DNA from: Oceanispirochaeta sp.
GTDB taxonomy: Bacteria; Spirochaetota; Spirochaetia; DSM-2461
Length of the DNA stretch: 64,000 bases
Assembly: GCA_963677615.2 (NCBI GenBank)
Contig: CAXXQW010000006.1
Span: 33,520 to 97,519 of the forward strand
Reading direction: 5' to 3'
Positions 38,563-47,726 of the stretch are shown here, in pieces (positions within the stretch are counted from its first letter, which is position 1; each line of letters opens with the position of its first letter). Below the pieces are notes generated by a model. The model did no database searches. It saw nothing but the letters and a program-made list of their open reading frames with translations, and was not told the origin of the DNA. Both the position numbers and the translations under genes were made by a program.

Positions 38563-39060
38563 ATGACAATCCTGATTTTAATGGGCGTAAGCGGATGCGG
38601 CAAAACAACCCTGGGAAAAGCCCTGTCAGAAAAGCTGAACCTGCCTTACTTCGAAGCGGATGATCTTCATCCTGAAGAGAATATCAGAAAAATGAGCAGC
38701 GGCATTCCCCTTACAGACGATGACCGCCGGCCCTGGCTCGAACGTATCCGGAGTATCATAAACACTCAGCAGAATACCGGTGAATCTGCAGTGATCTCCT
38801 GTTCGGCCCTGAAAGAATCATACAGGCAGTATCTGCAGGAAGGACTCTCAGACTCTCCCGTATGGGTCTACCTGAAAGGCAGCTTTGACACTCTTGCGGC
38901 CCGCTTGGAAAACAGAAAGAACCATTTTTTTAAAAAAGAGATGCTGGAAAGTCAGTTTGCCGCACTGGAAGAGCCGGAATACGGGATAGTGGTGGATATA
39001 GAGCTCCCCCTGGAAGAGAAAATCAGTCTGATAATGGAAAAACTGGAAGATTCACCCTGA
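38563..39060 (+). CDS. gntK: gluconokinase
   Basis: MGVSGCGKTT, EADDLHP.ENI.KM..G.PL.DDDR.PWL, SCSALK..YR, HFF...L.SQF..LE.P. Start trimmed to MTILIL (SD AGGAG); own extended -10 TGcTATGAT. Confidence 0.93.
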   Translation: MTILILMGVSGCGKTTLGKALSEKLNLPYFEADDLHPEENIRKMSSGIPLTDDDRRPWLERIRSIINTQQNTGESAVISCSALKESYRQYLQEGLSDSPVWVYLKGSFDTLAARLENRKNHFFKKEMLESQFAALEEPEYGIVVDIELPLEEKISLIMEKLEDSP

Positions 39061-39068
39061 TACAGAAT

Positions 39069-39095
39069 AAAAAAGGGCCCTCCGAAGAGAGCCCT
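39069..39095 (-). terminator. terminator of the sugar ABC operon
   Basis: AGGGC...GCCCT hairpin followed by TTTTTT on the minus strand. Confidence 0.65.
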
Positions 39096-39123
39096 GATTG
39101 TTTAACTTTTTGCTACGAGGATA

Positions 39124-40221
39124 TCAGTCGTACAGAAGTCCGGCGATATCGGCATCATCCATATTGTCTTTGGTATAGAACTTGGCACCGGTATCCACGT
39201 CGGAAACAGGTTTTCCTTCGTAGGCCATGAAAGCCAGCTCAACAGCTTTGTAACCGATAGAATAGGGATCCTGGGTAATGGAACCGAGGAAGTATTCGTT
39301 TCTTACAGCATTTTTCTGTCCTTCACCGGCATCAAATCCGATGGCGATCAGACCGGGATATTTCGCGGGAAGATCAGCACCGTCATTGGTTGCAGCCAAA
39401 AGACCTTTTACAGTAGCTTCGTTGGAACAGAAGATACCGAGGATATTATCATCAGCCACTTTGTTCAGAACAGCAGAAGCGGAAGCCATGGCGTCGGTGT
39501 TGGCCGCAGAAGCGGGGACAACCATTTCGATCATAACTTTTTTACCGCTGGTGGGGTTTTTGGGATCAATGTATGCGGGGTTACCCATAACTTTGATGTC
39601 TGCTTCACTCATGGCAGTTTCTTTTACGATCAGGTCAACCATGGTATCTCTAAAACCTTTACCGCGGCTTAACAGAGATTCACCGGCAGCATCCTGATTA
39701 AGGACAACGATTTTTACAGGTGATGCTTCAGTTGCCGCTTCGATGTCAGCCTTGATCACTTTGAACATCTCTTTGGCAGCCATACCGGCAGCATTGAAGT
39801 TGTCAGTAGAAGCGTTGGCATAGATGGATCCTGCAGGAGCATTGGGAACACCCGAGTCAAAACCGATGACGGGAACTCCGTTGTCTTTGCACTGCTGGAG
39901 CTGATCCATTACAGATGTCGTATCAAGAGCGGCCAGAGCAATAGCCACAGGTGCTTTTGCCATGGCGTTGTTCAGCATTTCCACCTGGATCTGAACATCA
40001 CTTTCTGAGGGAGGTCCTTCAAAAGTTACATCAACGCCATATTTTTCAGCAGCGTCCATGGACCCCAGTTTTACCTGCTGCCAGAAGTCATGCTGTTCCC
40101 CTTTTGAAACCACAGCGATGTAGGGCTTTCCGCCGCCATCTTTCTGTCCATTAGCAAAAGTGCTGAAACTAACGGCTAAAAGCACGATCAGTACAATTGC
40201 AATCCTCTTAGATAATCTCAT
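39124..40221 (-). CDS. sugar ABC transporter substrate-binding protein (RbsB-like fold)
   Basis: Signal ...FA-NGQKD, VSKGEQHDFWQQVK.G, VIGFDSG, GFDAG, ITQDPY.IGY. Confidence 0.9.
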   Translation of the reverse strand: MRLSKRIAIVLIVLLAVSFSTFANGQKDGGGKPYIAVVSKGEQHDFWQQVKLGSMDAAEKYGVDVTFEGPPSESDVQIQVEMLNNAMAKAPVAIALAALDTTSVMDQLQQCKDNGVPVIGFDSGVPNAPAGSIYANASTDNFNAAGMAAKEMFKVIKADIEAATEASPVKIVVLNQDAAGESLLSRGKGFRDTMVDLIVKETAMSEADIKVMGNPAYIDPKNPTSGKKVMIEMVVPASAANTDAMASASAVLNKVADDNILGIFCSNEATVKGLLAATNDGADLPAKYPGLIAIGFDAGEGQKNAVRNEYFLGSITQDPYSIGYKAVELAFMAYEGKPVSDVDTGAKFYTKDNMDDADIAGLLYD

Positions 40222-40298
40222 AAAATCCTCCTGTATTTTTACCCGGTTCGATCATGACCGGAATCCGGGTTTATACCTTTTTTGGGAAAACCGGTTTA

Positions 40299-41519
40299 TT
40301 ACTGGTTTTTCATTTCCATGGCAAACTGCCTCTCCGCCTCTTTTTCCTGGGCCAGGACACGCATTTTCTCGGCTTTTTCCTCAGCTTTCATTTTTGCGAA
40401 ATTTTCTTTCAGCTCTTTTTTAAGAGCAGCAATTTCTGCAGTTTTTCCTTCCAGCTTCAGGTTGTTGATTTTTCTGGTCATCTCTTCCTTGTACATATCA
40501 GAAGGCGCCAGGATTCTTACTTCCGAAGCTTTCTTGTTCCGGTAGATATCAAGGAGTACCGCACCGATAACAACCACACCTGTAAAGAAGGTCTGATAGT
40601 GGGACTGAAGATCCATGGAAGGAAGTCCGGTTCTCAGAACACTCATGATATACACACCGATCATGGTTCCGAAGATCGTACCGATACCGCCGGAAAGGGA
40701 GGTACCGCCGATAACTGCACCGGCAATGGCATACAGTTCAAATCCCTGTCCCTGTGCCGGCATAACAGTAGTGTAAACCGCAGCAAACGCAATGGCTCCG
40801 ATACCGGACATGACTCCGCTGACCACATAGGCCATCATTTCCCATTTCTTGACATTTACACCGGAAAGTCTGGCAGCTTCCTTGTTGCTTCCTACAGCAA
40901 AAATGTAACGGCCCATCTTTGTTTTTGTCAGAATAATAAAACAGATAAAAGCCGTGCCGAACAGGACTAAAGCACCGGTGGGAAAGGAAAAGTTATCTTC
41001 CGTAATATACTTGAAAATATTCTTGAACCATCCATCCTCATTGGCTCTGGTGGGGAAAGTGGCACTTCTGACATTGGAGACAATGGACCCGATACCCATG
41101 GAAATCATCATGGTACCCAGAGTGGCGATAAAAGGCGGCAGGTTTAAACGGGAAACCATAATTCCGTTGAAAAACCCGAAGGCAATCGCCACAGCCATAA
41201 TCAGAACCAGTGAGAGCCACATGGGCCATCCCCAGGATTTATAGGCTGTACCTCCGATAATGGCGGCGGCCATCATAACCGTACCGCAGGAAAGGTCTAT
41301 ACCGCCTGTGATGATAACAAAGGTTACCCCGATGGCGATAAAACCGATGTAATAGGAGGAATCCAGGATATTCACCAGGGTGGTGTAGGAAAAGAAGTTC
41401 CTCCCGAAGATTCCAAAAAAGATGTAAAGGATAATCAGGGCCGCAGGCGCCAGAAACTTCTGGAGGCCGATTTCACGGATCTTGTCTCCCATGCTTTTTT
41501 CATTCAATTTGGTTTCCAT
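40299..41519 (-). CDS. sugar ABC transporter permease with charged C-terminal extension
   Basis: VIITGGIDLS, PPFIATLG, GSN.EAARLSG, IAGAVIGGTSL.GG.G. Confidence 0.92.
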   Translation of the reverse strand: METKLNEKSMGDKIREIGLQKFLAPAALIILYIFFGIFGRNFFSYTTLVNILDSSYYIGFIAIGVTFVIITGGIDLSCGTVMMAAAIIGGTAYKSWGWPMWLSLVLIMAVAIAFGFFNGIMVSRLNLPPFIATLGTMMISMGIGSIVSNVRSATFPTRANEDGWFKNIFKYITEDNFSFPTGALVLFGTAFICFIILTKTKMGRYIFAVGSNKEAARLSGVNVKKWEMMAYVVSGVMSGIGAIAFAAVYTTVMPAQGQGFELYAIAGAVIGGTSLSGGIGTIFGTMIGVYIMSVLRTGLPSMDLQSHYQTFFTGVVVIGAVLLDIYRNKKASEVRILAPSDMYKEEMTRKINNLKLEGKTAEIAALKKELKENFAKMKAEEKAEKMRVLAQEKEAERQFAMEMKNQ

Positions 41520-41525
41520 AGTCTC

Positions 41526-43025
41526 TTAATCCCTCTTAGTCGCGTATTTCATAATTTCTTCCTGACTGGCATCTTTGATATCCAGTTCGCCTGTCACTCT
41601 TCCTTCGCACATTACAAGAACCCGGTCGCTCATACGCAGGATCTCGGGGAGTTCGGAAGAGATCATAATGATGGACTTTCCCTCTTTCACCAGAGCATTC
41701 ATCAATGTATAGATCTCACTTTTCGCACCCACATCAATTCCTCTTGTGGGCTCATCGAAAATCAGGATATCACTGTTCTTGATCAGCCATTTGGCAATAA
41801 CGACTTTCTGCTGATTACCGCCGGAAAGGTTCTTCAGAAGCTGTTCCACCGAAGGTGTCTTGATTTTCAGGGTATCCACATACTCACTGGTGATTTTTGC
41901 CACCTTCTTTTTATGAACAAACAATCCGTGTTCAAAGTCGTCATAAGCCGCCAGGATAGAGTTCTCTGTTACACTCAGCCCCAGAGCCAGTCCGTATCTT
42001 TTTCTGTCCTCCGACAGGTATCCGATCCCGTGTTTGACCGCATCCATGGGCGAAGAGATTTTCACGGGTTTCCCGTGGATCTCAATATATCCCCCGTCCA
42101 GAGGATCCGCGCCGAACAGGGCTCTTGCCGTTTCTGTTCTTCCGGCTCCCATAAGGCCTGCGAATCCCAGGATTTCCCCTTTCCGCAGTTCAAAAGAGAC
42201 ATTTTTCACCAGCCTTCCAGCGTTCAGGTTGTTGACCTTCAGTACAACTTCCGCATCGGCAGGAACATTACTCTGCTGTTTGGGCTCTTCGTATATTACC
42301 CGGCCGACCATCATATTGATGATATCTTCCTTGGTCAGGTCTTTCGTATTGCCCATACCGGCATTCTCCCCATCGCGCATAACTGTTACCCGGTCGGTAA
42401 TCTGACCGATTTCATCCATACGGTGAGAGATATAGATCATTCCTACTCCCTTGGATGCCAGATCGCGCATAATGGCAAATAGCTCATTTATCTCTGTTTC
42501 GGTTAACGCAGCTGTTGGCTCATCCAGAATCAGGATTTTCAGATTGTGGGATACGGCCTTGGCAATTTCCACCATCTGCTGTTTTCCGACAGTCAGGTTT
42601 CCCAGGGTTTCCCGGGGATCAATATTCATGTTCAAACGCTGAAAGAGCGCTTCCGCCCGCTGGTTCAGTTTCTTTTCATCCAGAAAGAGGCCCTTCCCTT
42701 TTGTAGATTCCCTTCCGATGAAAATGTTCTGTGCTACTGTCAGATGCTCCATCATATTCAGTTCCTGATGGATAATGCCGATCCCTTTTCCCAGGGCTTC
42801 CTTGGGATCACGGGGATTATAAAGTTTGCCCAGGTAGTAAATTTCACCTGAGTCCTTGGGGTAAATACCGGTGAGGGCTTTCATCAATGTGGATTTCCCT
42901 GCTCCGTTTTCACCCATAAGCGCGTGGATCTCGCCAGCACGCAACTCGAAGTCTACACCCTTCAGGGCATGCACTCCGGAAAAACGTTTATCGATTTTTT
43001 GCATCGAGAGTATTACTTCTCCCAA
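41526..43025 (-). CDS. sugar ABC transporter ATP-binding protein (tandem NBD, RbsA/MglA-like)
   Basis: GENGAGKST, LDEPTAAL, LSGGNQQK, DEPTRGIDVGAK, ISSELPE. TTG start. Confidence 0.95.
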   Translation of the reverse strand: MGEVILSMQKIDKRFSGVHALKGVDFELRAGEIHALMGENGAGKSTLMKALTGIYPKDSGEIYYLGKLYNPRDPKEALGKGIGIIHQELNMMEHLTVAQNIFIGRESTKGKGLFLDEKKLNQRAEALFQRLNMNIDPRETLGNLTVGKQQMVEIAKAVSHNLKILILDEPTAALTETEINELFAIMRDLASKGVGMIYISHRMDEIGQITDRVTVMRDGENAGMGNTKDLTKEDIINMMVGRVIYEEPKQQSNVPADAEVVLKVNNLNAGRLVKNVSFELRKGEILGFAGLMGAGRTETARALFGADPLDGGYIEIHGKPVKISSPMDAVKHGIGYLSEDRKRYGLALGLSVTENSILAAYDDFEHGLFVHKKKVAKITSEYVDTLKIKTPSVEQLLKNLSGGNQQKVVIAKWLIKNSDILIFDEPTRGIDVGAKSEIYTLMNALVKEGKSIIMISSELPEILRMSDRVLVMCEGRVTGELDIKDASQEEIMKYATKRD

Positions 43026-43175
43026 AATCTCACACTCCTTTATGGGATTTTTCCTGTGAGGATAGAAAAATTATCCCCCCGAATTTCAAATCGCGAAATT
43101 GAGGATTTTACGGAGAATGTTTAAATTTTTCCTAAAAGGTGGAGTTTTTTTAACAAAAAAAGGGAAACAGGAACT

Positions 43176-44909
43176 CTATTGATAAATACAGATGCGGTTT
43201 TTTCCCTGTTCTTTTGCTGTTAAAAGAGCCTGATCCGCCTTATTGACAGCATCCATGAGAGAGCTTCCGGGATGCCAGGAGGCAAACCCCAGGGAAAGGC
43301 CGAGAAGGCACTCTTTTTCAGACAGCTCACGGCTGATCTTTTCTACCAGATTCTGAAACTCCTCATGAAGACGCCGGCTCAGCTGACGGGCCGGCTCAGA
43401 AGGGGTTGAAGGCATGAGAATGAGAAACTCATCACCCCCGTAGCGAAAAATCAGATCATCCGAACGGAGATGGGTCATGAGAAAACGGGAAAAATCTTCC
43501 AGGATCCGGTCTCCCGCAGGATGGCCGAAGTTATCATTGTAATATTTAAAATTATCAAGATCAGCAAAAAGGATACTCAGCTCTTCCCGGTAGTTGTTCT
43601 CTATCTCCTGTATTTTATCAAGCATACAGGCTCTGTTCAGCAGACCCGTAAGAGGATCTCTGTATACCGTATTCTGCAGCTCTTCCGTTCTGGCCTTTAC
43701 ACTTCTGTCTACATGGGAGTGAAATGTTTTTCTCAGGGCTGTGTACCGCAGATCCAGGTCAGCCTGTCTCATGGCCATACTGTAACTCATAATCAGGGCA
43801 TGTATCATCGTACCGGTCACAAGAAGGAGCCCCTGCCGGCTTGAAGAGAGAAAATCCGTATAGGCAAAAAGATTGTCCAGGAGCCCCCCGGTAACAAGGG
43901 GCAGAAAACTGAGGAGGACCAGACGGGATACCCGGTCCCCTTTAAAACTCTTTCTGAAAATAAAATAGAGGATGTAAACCAGTGCAGGAATAATGAGGAG
44001 ATTCATAATGTCCCCCAGCACAGGAGTGGGTCTTATAAGGGAAAATGCGGTAATCAGAACAAAAAGGGCAATAAAACCTGTAAGGATCCGCCCCTCCCGG
44101 CCCCTGCCGGATATTCTGAAAAAAGCTTTTGAAAAGAGAAGACTGAAGAGAATTGCCAGGGAATTAAAAAACAGATAGATAAAATACCCATAGGGTCTTC
44201 CCGGCAGAAATATGTAACTGAAGATCCTCTGCTTTCCCAGTAGCGTAATAACCAGACAGATCATGACCAGCGCATAGTAGAGATAAAACTGTTTTCTGCC
44301 CGCAAGATACAGGAAAAAATGATACAGGGCAACGATAATAATGAAACTGAACGAGAAGTAAAGGAATCCATTCCTCTTTCCGGCCTGCAGCAGAAACATT
44401 TCTGGAGAAACCAGCCGTACCGTTATGGATTTTTCCTGATAATCCTGCACATGAATAAATAAATCCGTTTCTGAGGCATCCGATAGCTCAAGAGGAATAA
44501 TCAGAGAGGGATGGGGCAGGTCTCTCCTGTTCATGGGAATCTGATCACCCGAATAGAGTGAGACCCAGCTGTTTCTGATCCGGGAGAAATAAAAGATTTC
44601 CACCAGTTCAAACTGGGACTGGAATTCCAGACACCACCGTTCCCTCCCGGTAGTGTTGTGAACTGTAACCGCCAGGTAACGGTCTGTTTTCAGAGGCGAA
44701 TCATAGAGATACCGCTTCTCAAGAGAGTTTTCAACATGATCAGGAACAGAGTTCTGCCAGACTTGCCGGGATATATCATCAATTTTCCGGAAAGTCTCCT
44801 CTCCCGCATTCACCGGAGAAAAAGAGAAAACCGGTACGGAACAGAGTATCAGAATCAGGCAGAACAGGATTTTTATATTTATTTTATACATGCAGGAATT
44901 TTCATTCAA
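43176..44909 (-). CDS. 7TM-DISM diguanylate cyclase
   Basis: Signal peptide, periplasmic DISMED2-like domain, about 7 TM, DPLTGLLNR, DLDNFKYYND.FGH..GD, I-site RSDD, RYGGDEF. Confidence 0.9.
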   Translation of the reverse strand: MNENSCMYKINIKILFCLILILCSVPVFSFSPVNAGEETFRKIDDISRQVWQNSVPDHVENSLEKRYLYDSPLKTDRYLAVTVHNTTGRERWCLEFQSQFELVEIFYFSRIRNSWVSLYSGDQIPMNRRDLPHPSLIIPLELSDASETDLFIHVQDYQEKSITVRLVSPEMFLLQAGKRNGFLYFSFSFIIIVALYHFFLYLAGRKQFYLYYALVMICLVITLLGKQRIFSYIFLPGRPYGYFIYLFFNSLAILFSLLFSKAFFRISGRGREGRILTGFIALFVLITAFSLIRPTPVLGDIMNLLIIPALVYILYFIFRKSFKGDRVSRLVLLSFLPLVTGGLLDNLFAYTDFLSSSRQGLLLVTGTMIHALIMSYSMAMRQADLDLRYTALRKTFHSHVDRSVKARTEELQNTVYRDPLTGLLNRACMLDKIQEIENNYREELSILFADLDNFKYYNDNFGHPAGDRILEDFSRFLMTHLRSDDLIFRYGGDEFLILMPSTPSEPARQLSRRLHEEFQNLVEKISRELSEKECLLGLSLGFASWHPGSSLMDAVNKADQALLTAKEQGKNRICIYQ

Positions 44910-44931
44910 ATCAAAAAAAAAGTAAAGTTCT

Positions 44932-45924
44932 TTATTCGTTTATATTTGAAAAAGGAAAAAGCAGCTCCTGAAACTCCCTCTCAAACATATTGTCTTTTGT
45001 AATCAGAACAGAACCAGTATCGATGAAAGGAGGAACAACCTCTCCTTTCAGGAAATCCGCGGCAACCTTTACGGAAAGGTACCCCATATTATAGGGTCTC
45101 TGCACCACTGTCGCTTTCAGAACCCCCTCTTCCAGATACGAAAGTTCCCGGACGGCATTATCAAACCCCACAACCAGAACACGATCCTGGGCATCCGCTT
45201 CGTCAATGGCCCGGCAGACTCCCAGGGTGGAGACTTCATTCAGAGCGACGATCCCCCCGAGAGAGGGATTTTTCAAAAGATCTTTTGTAATCTGGTAGGC
45301 GATCTCCTGATCCACATCACAAAACCAGGTTCCGATAACAGCTTCTCCCTCCAATCCGCCTCTCACCCCGGATTCCCTGTCGATAGCCGTAGCGGTTCCC
45401 TTTATATGACTGACAATAGCCACTTCCCTTCGGGAAGAGCTCTGAAGTAGCCGTTTCATCTCCCGTCCCGCCTTATGACCGGCAATGATATTGTCGGTGG
45501 CAATAAAGGATACAGGAATATCAGAGTCGATTCCCGAATCTATGGTAATCACGGGAATCCCGGCTTCCTGGGCCTTTTTCACCGGCTCTACCAGCTGGGT
45601 ATAATCCGTGGCGGCCAGAATGATCAGCGGCGGGTTTTTCGAGATCACGTTTTCCAGAATATGGACCTGCCTGTTTATCTCCCTTTCATACCGGGGTCCC
45701 GAGATCTCCACGGGAAGGCCGAACTCCTTGGAGGCTTCCTGAATTCCCTGATCCACCACATTCCAGAAATCCATGGCAGGCCCGATAGTGGATTTGAGAA
45801 CGATTTCCACCGGCGCATTCATCACCGGGGCTTCAGGCCCTGAAGAGTTATACAGAAACGAGAGGGCCATAAACAGAAAGAGGGCCGCAATAAGGCTCAG
45901 CAGAAGAAGGTACCAGTTTTTCAC
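44932..45924 (-). CDS. periplasmic sugar-binding protein associated with the two-component system
   Basis: N-terminal anchor, FW..V.QG, VITIDSG, FIATDN..AG, VVGFD, VVQRPYNMGY. GTG start overlapping the kinase stop. Confidence 0.85.
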   Translation of the reverse strand: MKNWYLLLLSLIAALFLFMALSFLYNSSGPEAPVMNAPVEIVLKSTIGPAMDFWNVVDQGIQEASKEFGLPVEISGPRYEREINRQVHILENVISKNPPLIILAATDYTQLVEPVKKAQEAGIPVITIDSGIDSDIPVSFIATDNIIAGHKAGREMKRLLQSSSRREVAIVSHIKGTATAIDRESGVRGGLEGEAVIGTWFCDVDQEIAYQITKDLLKNPSLGGIVALNEVSTLGVCRAIDEADAQDRVLVVGFDNAVRELSYLEEGVLKATVVQRPYNMGYLSVKVAADFLKGEVVPPFIDTGSVLITKDNMFEREFQELLFPFSNINE

Positions 45925-47726
45925 AGGACAGCCTCCAGAGAAGAAGCGGGCATCTTCACGCGGATCCTGGTGCCTTCACTGGGGGAACTGATACAGGTCA
46001 GGCCGTACTCACTGCCGAAATACAGACGGATCCGCTCATGAACATTCCGGACTCCCATCCCCTGCCGGGAAAGCCGGGGCCTTTTTTCCGGCGGTGTTTC
46101 CAGGCCCTGAATCATCTCGTTCAGCTGATCCTGATCCATTCCTCTTCCGTTGTCTTTTACTTCCAGGATCATATTGTTATCCTCCAGCCACCCTGTTATC
46201 AGGATATATCCCTGATAATCCACCTCTTTGATCCCGTGATATATCGCATTTTCCACCAGGGGCTGAAGGGTTATTTTCAGGGTGATCATATCATAAAGGT
46301 CCGGATCGATATCCATCTCGTAGGTGAATTTATCCCGGTAACGCATCTCCTGGATGGTCAGATAGGACTGAACATGCTCCATTTCATCCCGGATGGGGAT
46401 GAGTTCCCGGCCTTTGCTGATACTGATACGGAAGAGCTTGGAGAGAGCGGAGGTCATCTGCACGACTTTATCGCTCTGGCCCATCTCCCCCATCCAGATA
46501 ATGGAATCCAGGGTATTGTACAGAAAGTGGGGATTAATCTGGGCCTGAAGGGCTTTCAGATCGCTCTTTCTTTTCTGCTCCTGCTCCCGGGTGTTTGCTT
46601 CCATAAGCTCCCGGATACGGGTTACCATCAAGTCATATTCCCGGGCCAGTTCCCGGATCTCGTCGGTTGCCCTGATGGAACCCACCTGCCGGAACTCCCC
46701 GGTTTCCACGCTCTGCATGATTTCCTGGAGTTTTCTCACAGGTTTTGTAATGCCCGATGAGATCCTGTTGGTTGCAAGACCGACGATCAGAAAAAGGATC
46801 AAACCTATTATGGCATAGATAAGCTGAACCGATTTCCATTCGGTGACAATATCACTGTCATGGGTCACATTGACCACATGCCACCCTGTGAGATCCGAGG
46901 TTTCCACCAGATAGTAGCGGTCTCCGTCCTGAAAAGAGAAGAGTTCCGGATTATCCACGGTCTGAAGAATCTGACGGACCGGTTCTTTCTTGATATTGCT
47001 GTATACCAGCTGCTGGGTGGGATGAAAAACGTAATTCCCCTCTTTGTCCAGAATAAAGTTGTACCCTTTGCGTCCGATCACAAGAGAGTGGCACAGCTCT
47101 TTGATACGGTTGAATTTCAGATCTACCAGAAGCACTCCGATGATCCTCCGGTCCTCTAACGAGAGTATGGCCCGGCTGAGAGAAACAACCCAGGAGTATC
47201 TGTCCCTGATAAGGTTCTGAACATACGATGAGGAGACCACGGTTCTGTCGAAGGCAGCCTCAGCGCCGGAAAACCAGTCCTTTTCCCGGATGGAAGTCCA
47301 TGGGTTGATAACCGCATCAATATCGCTGGCGATCACCTCGCCGTTATAGCCGATGACCAGGATATCTGAAATATCCTCCCTGGCCTGAGTATAGTTGAAA
47401 AGGCGGTTTTGCACCGTGCCATTCAGGTTTTTCTTCACTTCTTCCGTGAGGACGGGAGAATCCTCATTCCGGTTAAGAAGCCGCTGAATTTCCTGATCCG
47501 CTGCGACAGCCATGGAAATCTGCTCCATCCCCTGAATATAGGTGTCCATCTGATTGACCAGCTGCTGCAGCATGGCCCGGTTGCTCTCCAGGGTAGAGCT
47601 CCTGACCGTATTGATGGTGAACCGGAAAGAAACCAGCTGCATAATAAAAATGGCAAGGAAGATCATCAGAGTGAAGATGGTATAGATTCTGGAATCCAGG
47701 GTGCCGAATCGCAAGGTGTTTTTCAT
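45921..47726 (-). CDS. yesM: YesM/LytS-type sensor histidine kinase (dCache-HAMP-His_kinase)
   Basis: LKALQAQINPHFLYNTL, LQPLVENAIYHG, DNGRGM, GMGVRNV.ERI. Confidence 0.93.
   Translation of the reverse strand: MKNTLRFGTLDSRIYTIFTLMIFLAIFIMQLVSFRFTINTVRSSTLESNRAMLQQLVNQMDTYIQGMEQISMAVAADQEIQRLLNRNEDSPVLTEEVKKNLNGTVQNRLFNYTQAREDISDILVIGYNGEVIASDIDAVINPWTSIREKDWFSGAEAAFDRTVVSSSYVQNLIRDRYSWVVSLSRAILSLEDRRIIGVLLVDLKFNRIKELCHSLVIGRKGYNFILDKEGNYVFHPTQQLVYSNIKKEPVRQILQTVDNPELFSFQDGDRYYLVETSDLTGWHVVNVTHDSDIVTEWKSVQLIYAIIGLILFLIVGLATNRISSGITKPVRKLQEIMQSVETGEFRQVGSIRATDEIRELAREYDLMVTRIRELMEANTREQEQKRKSDLKALQAQINPHFLYNTLDSIIWMGEMGQSDKVVQMTSALSKLFRISISKGRELIPIRDEMEHVQSYLTIQEMRYRDKFTYEMDIDPDLYDMITLKITLQPLVENAIYHGIKEVDYQGYILITGWLEDNNMILEVKDNGRGMDQDQLNEMIQGLETPPEKRPRLSRQGMGVRNVHERIRLYFGSEYGLTCISSPSEGTRIRVKMPASSLEAVL

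Noticed and set aside
43057-43106. TGAGGAT direct repeat upstream of the sugar ABC operon as a YesN site
   Set aside because: Only a 7-mer twice, 43 bp apart, in a short AT-rich region; too weak to call.
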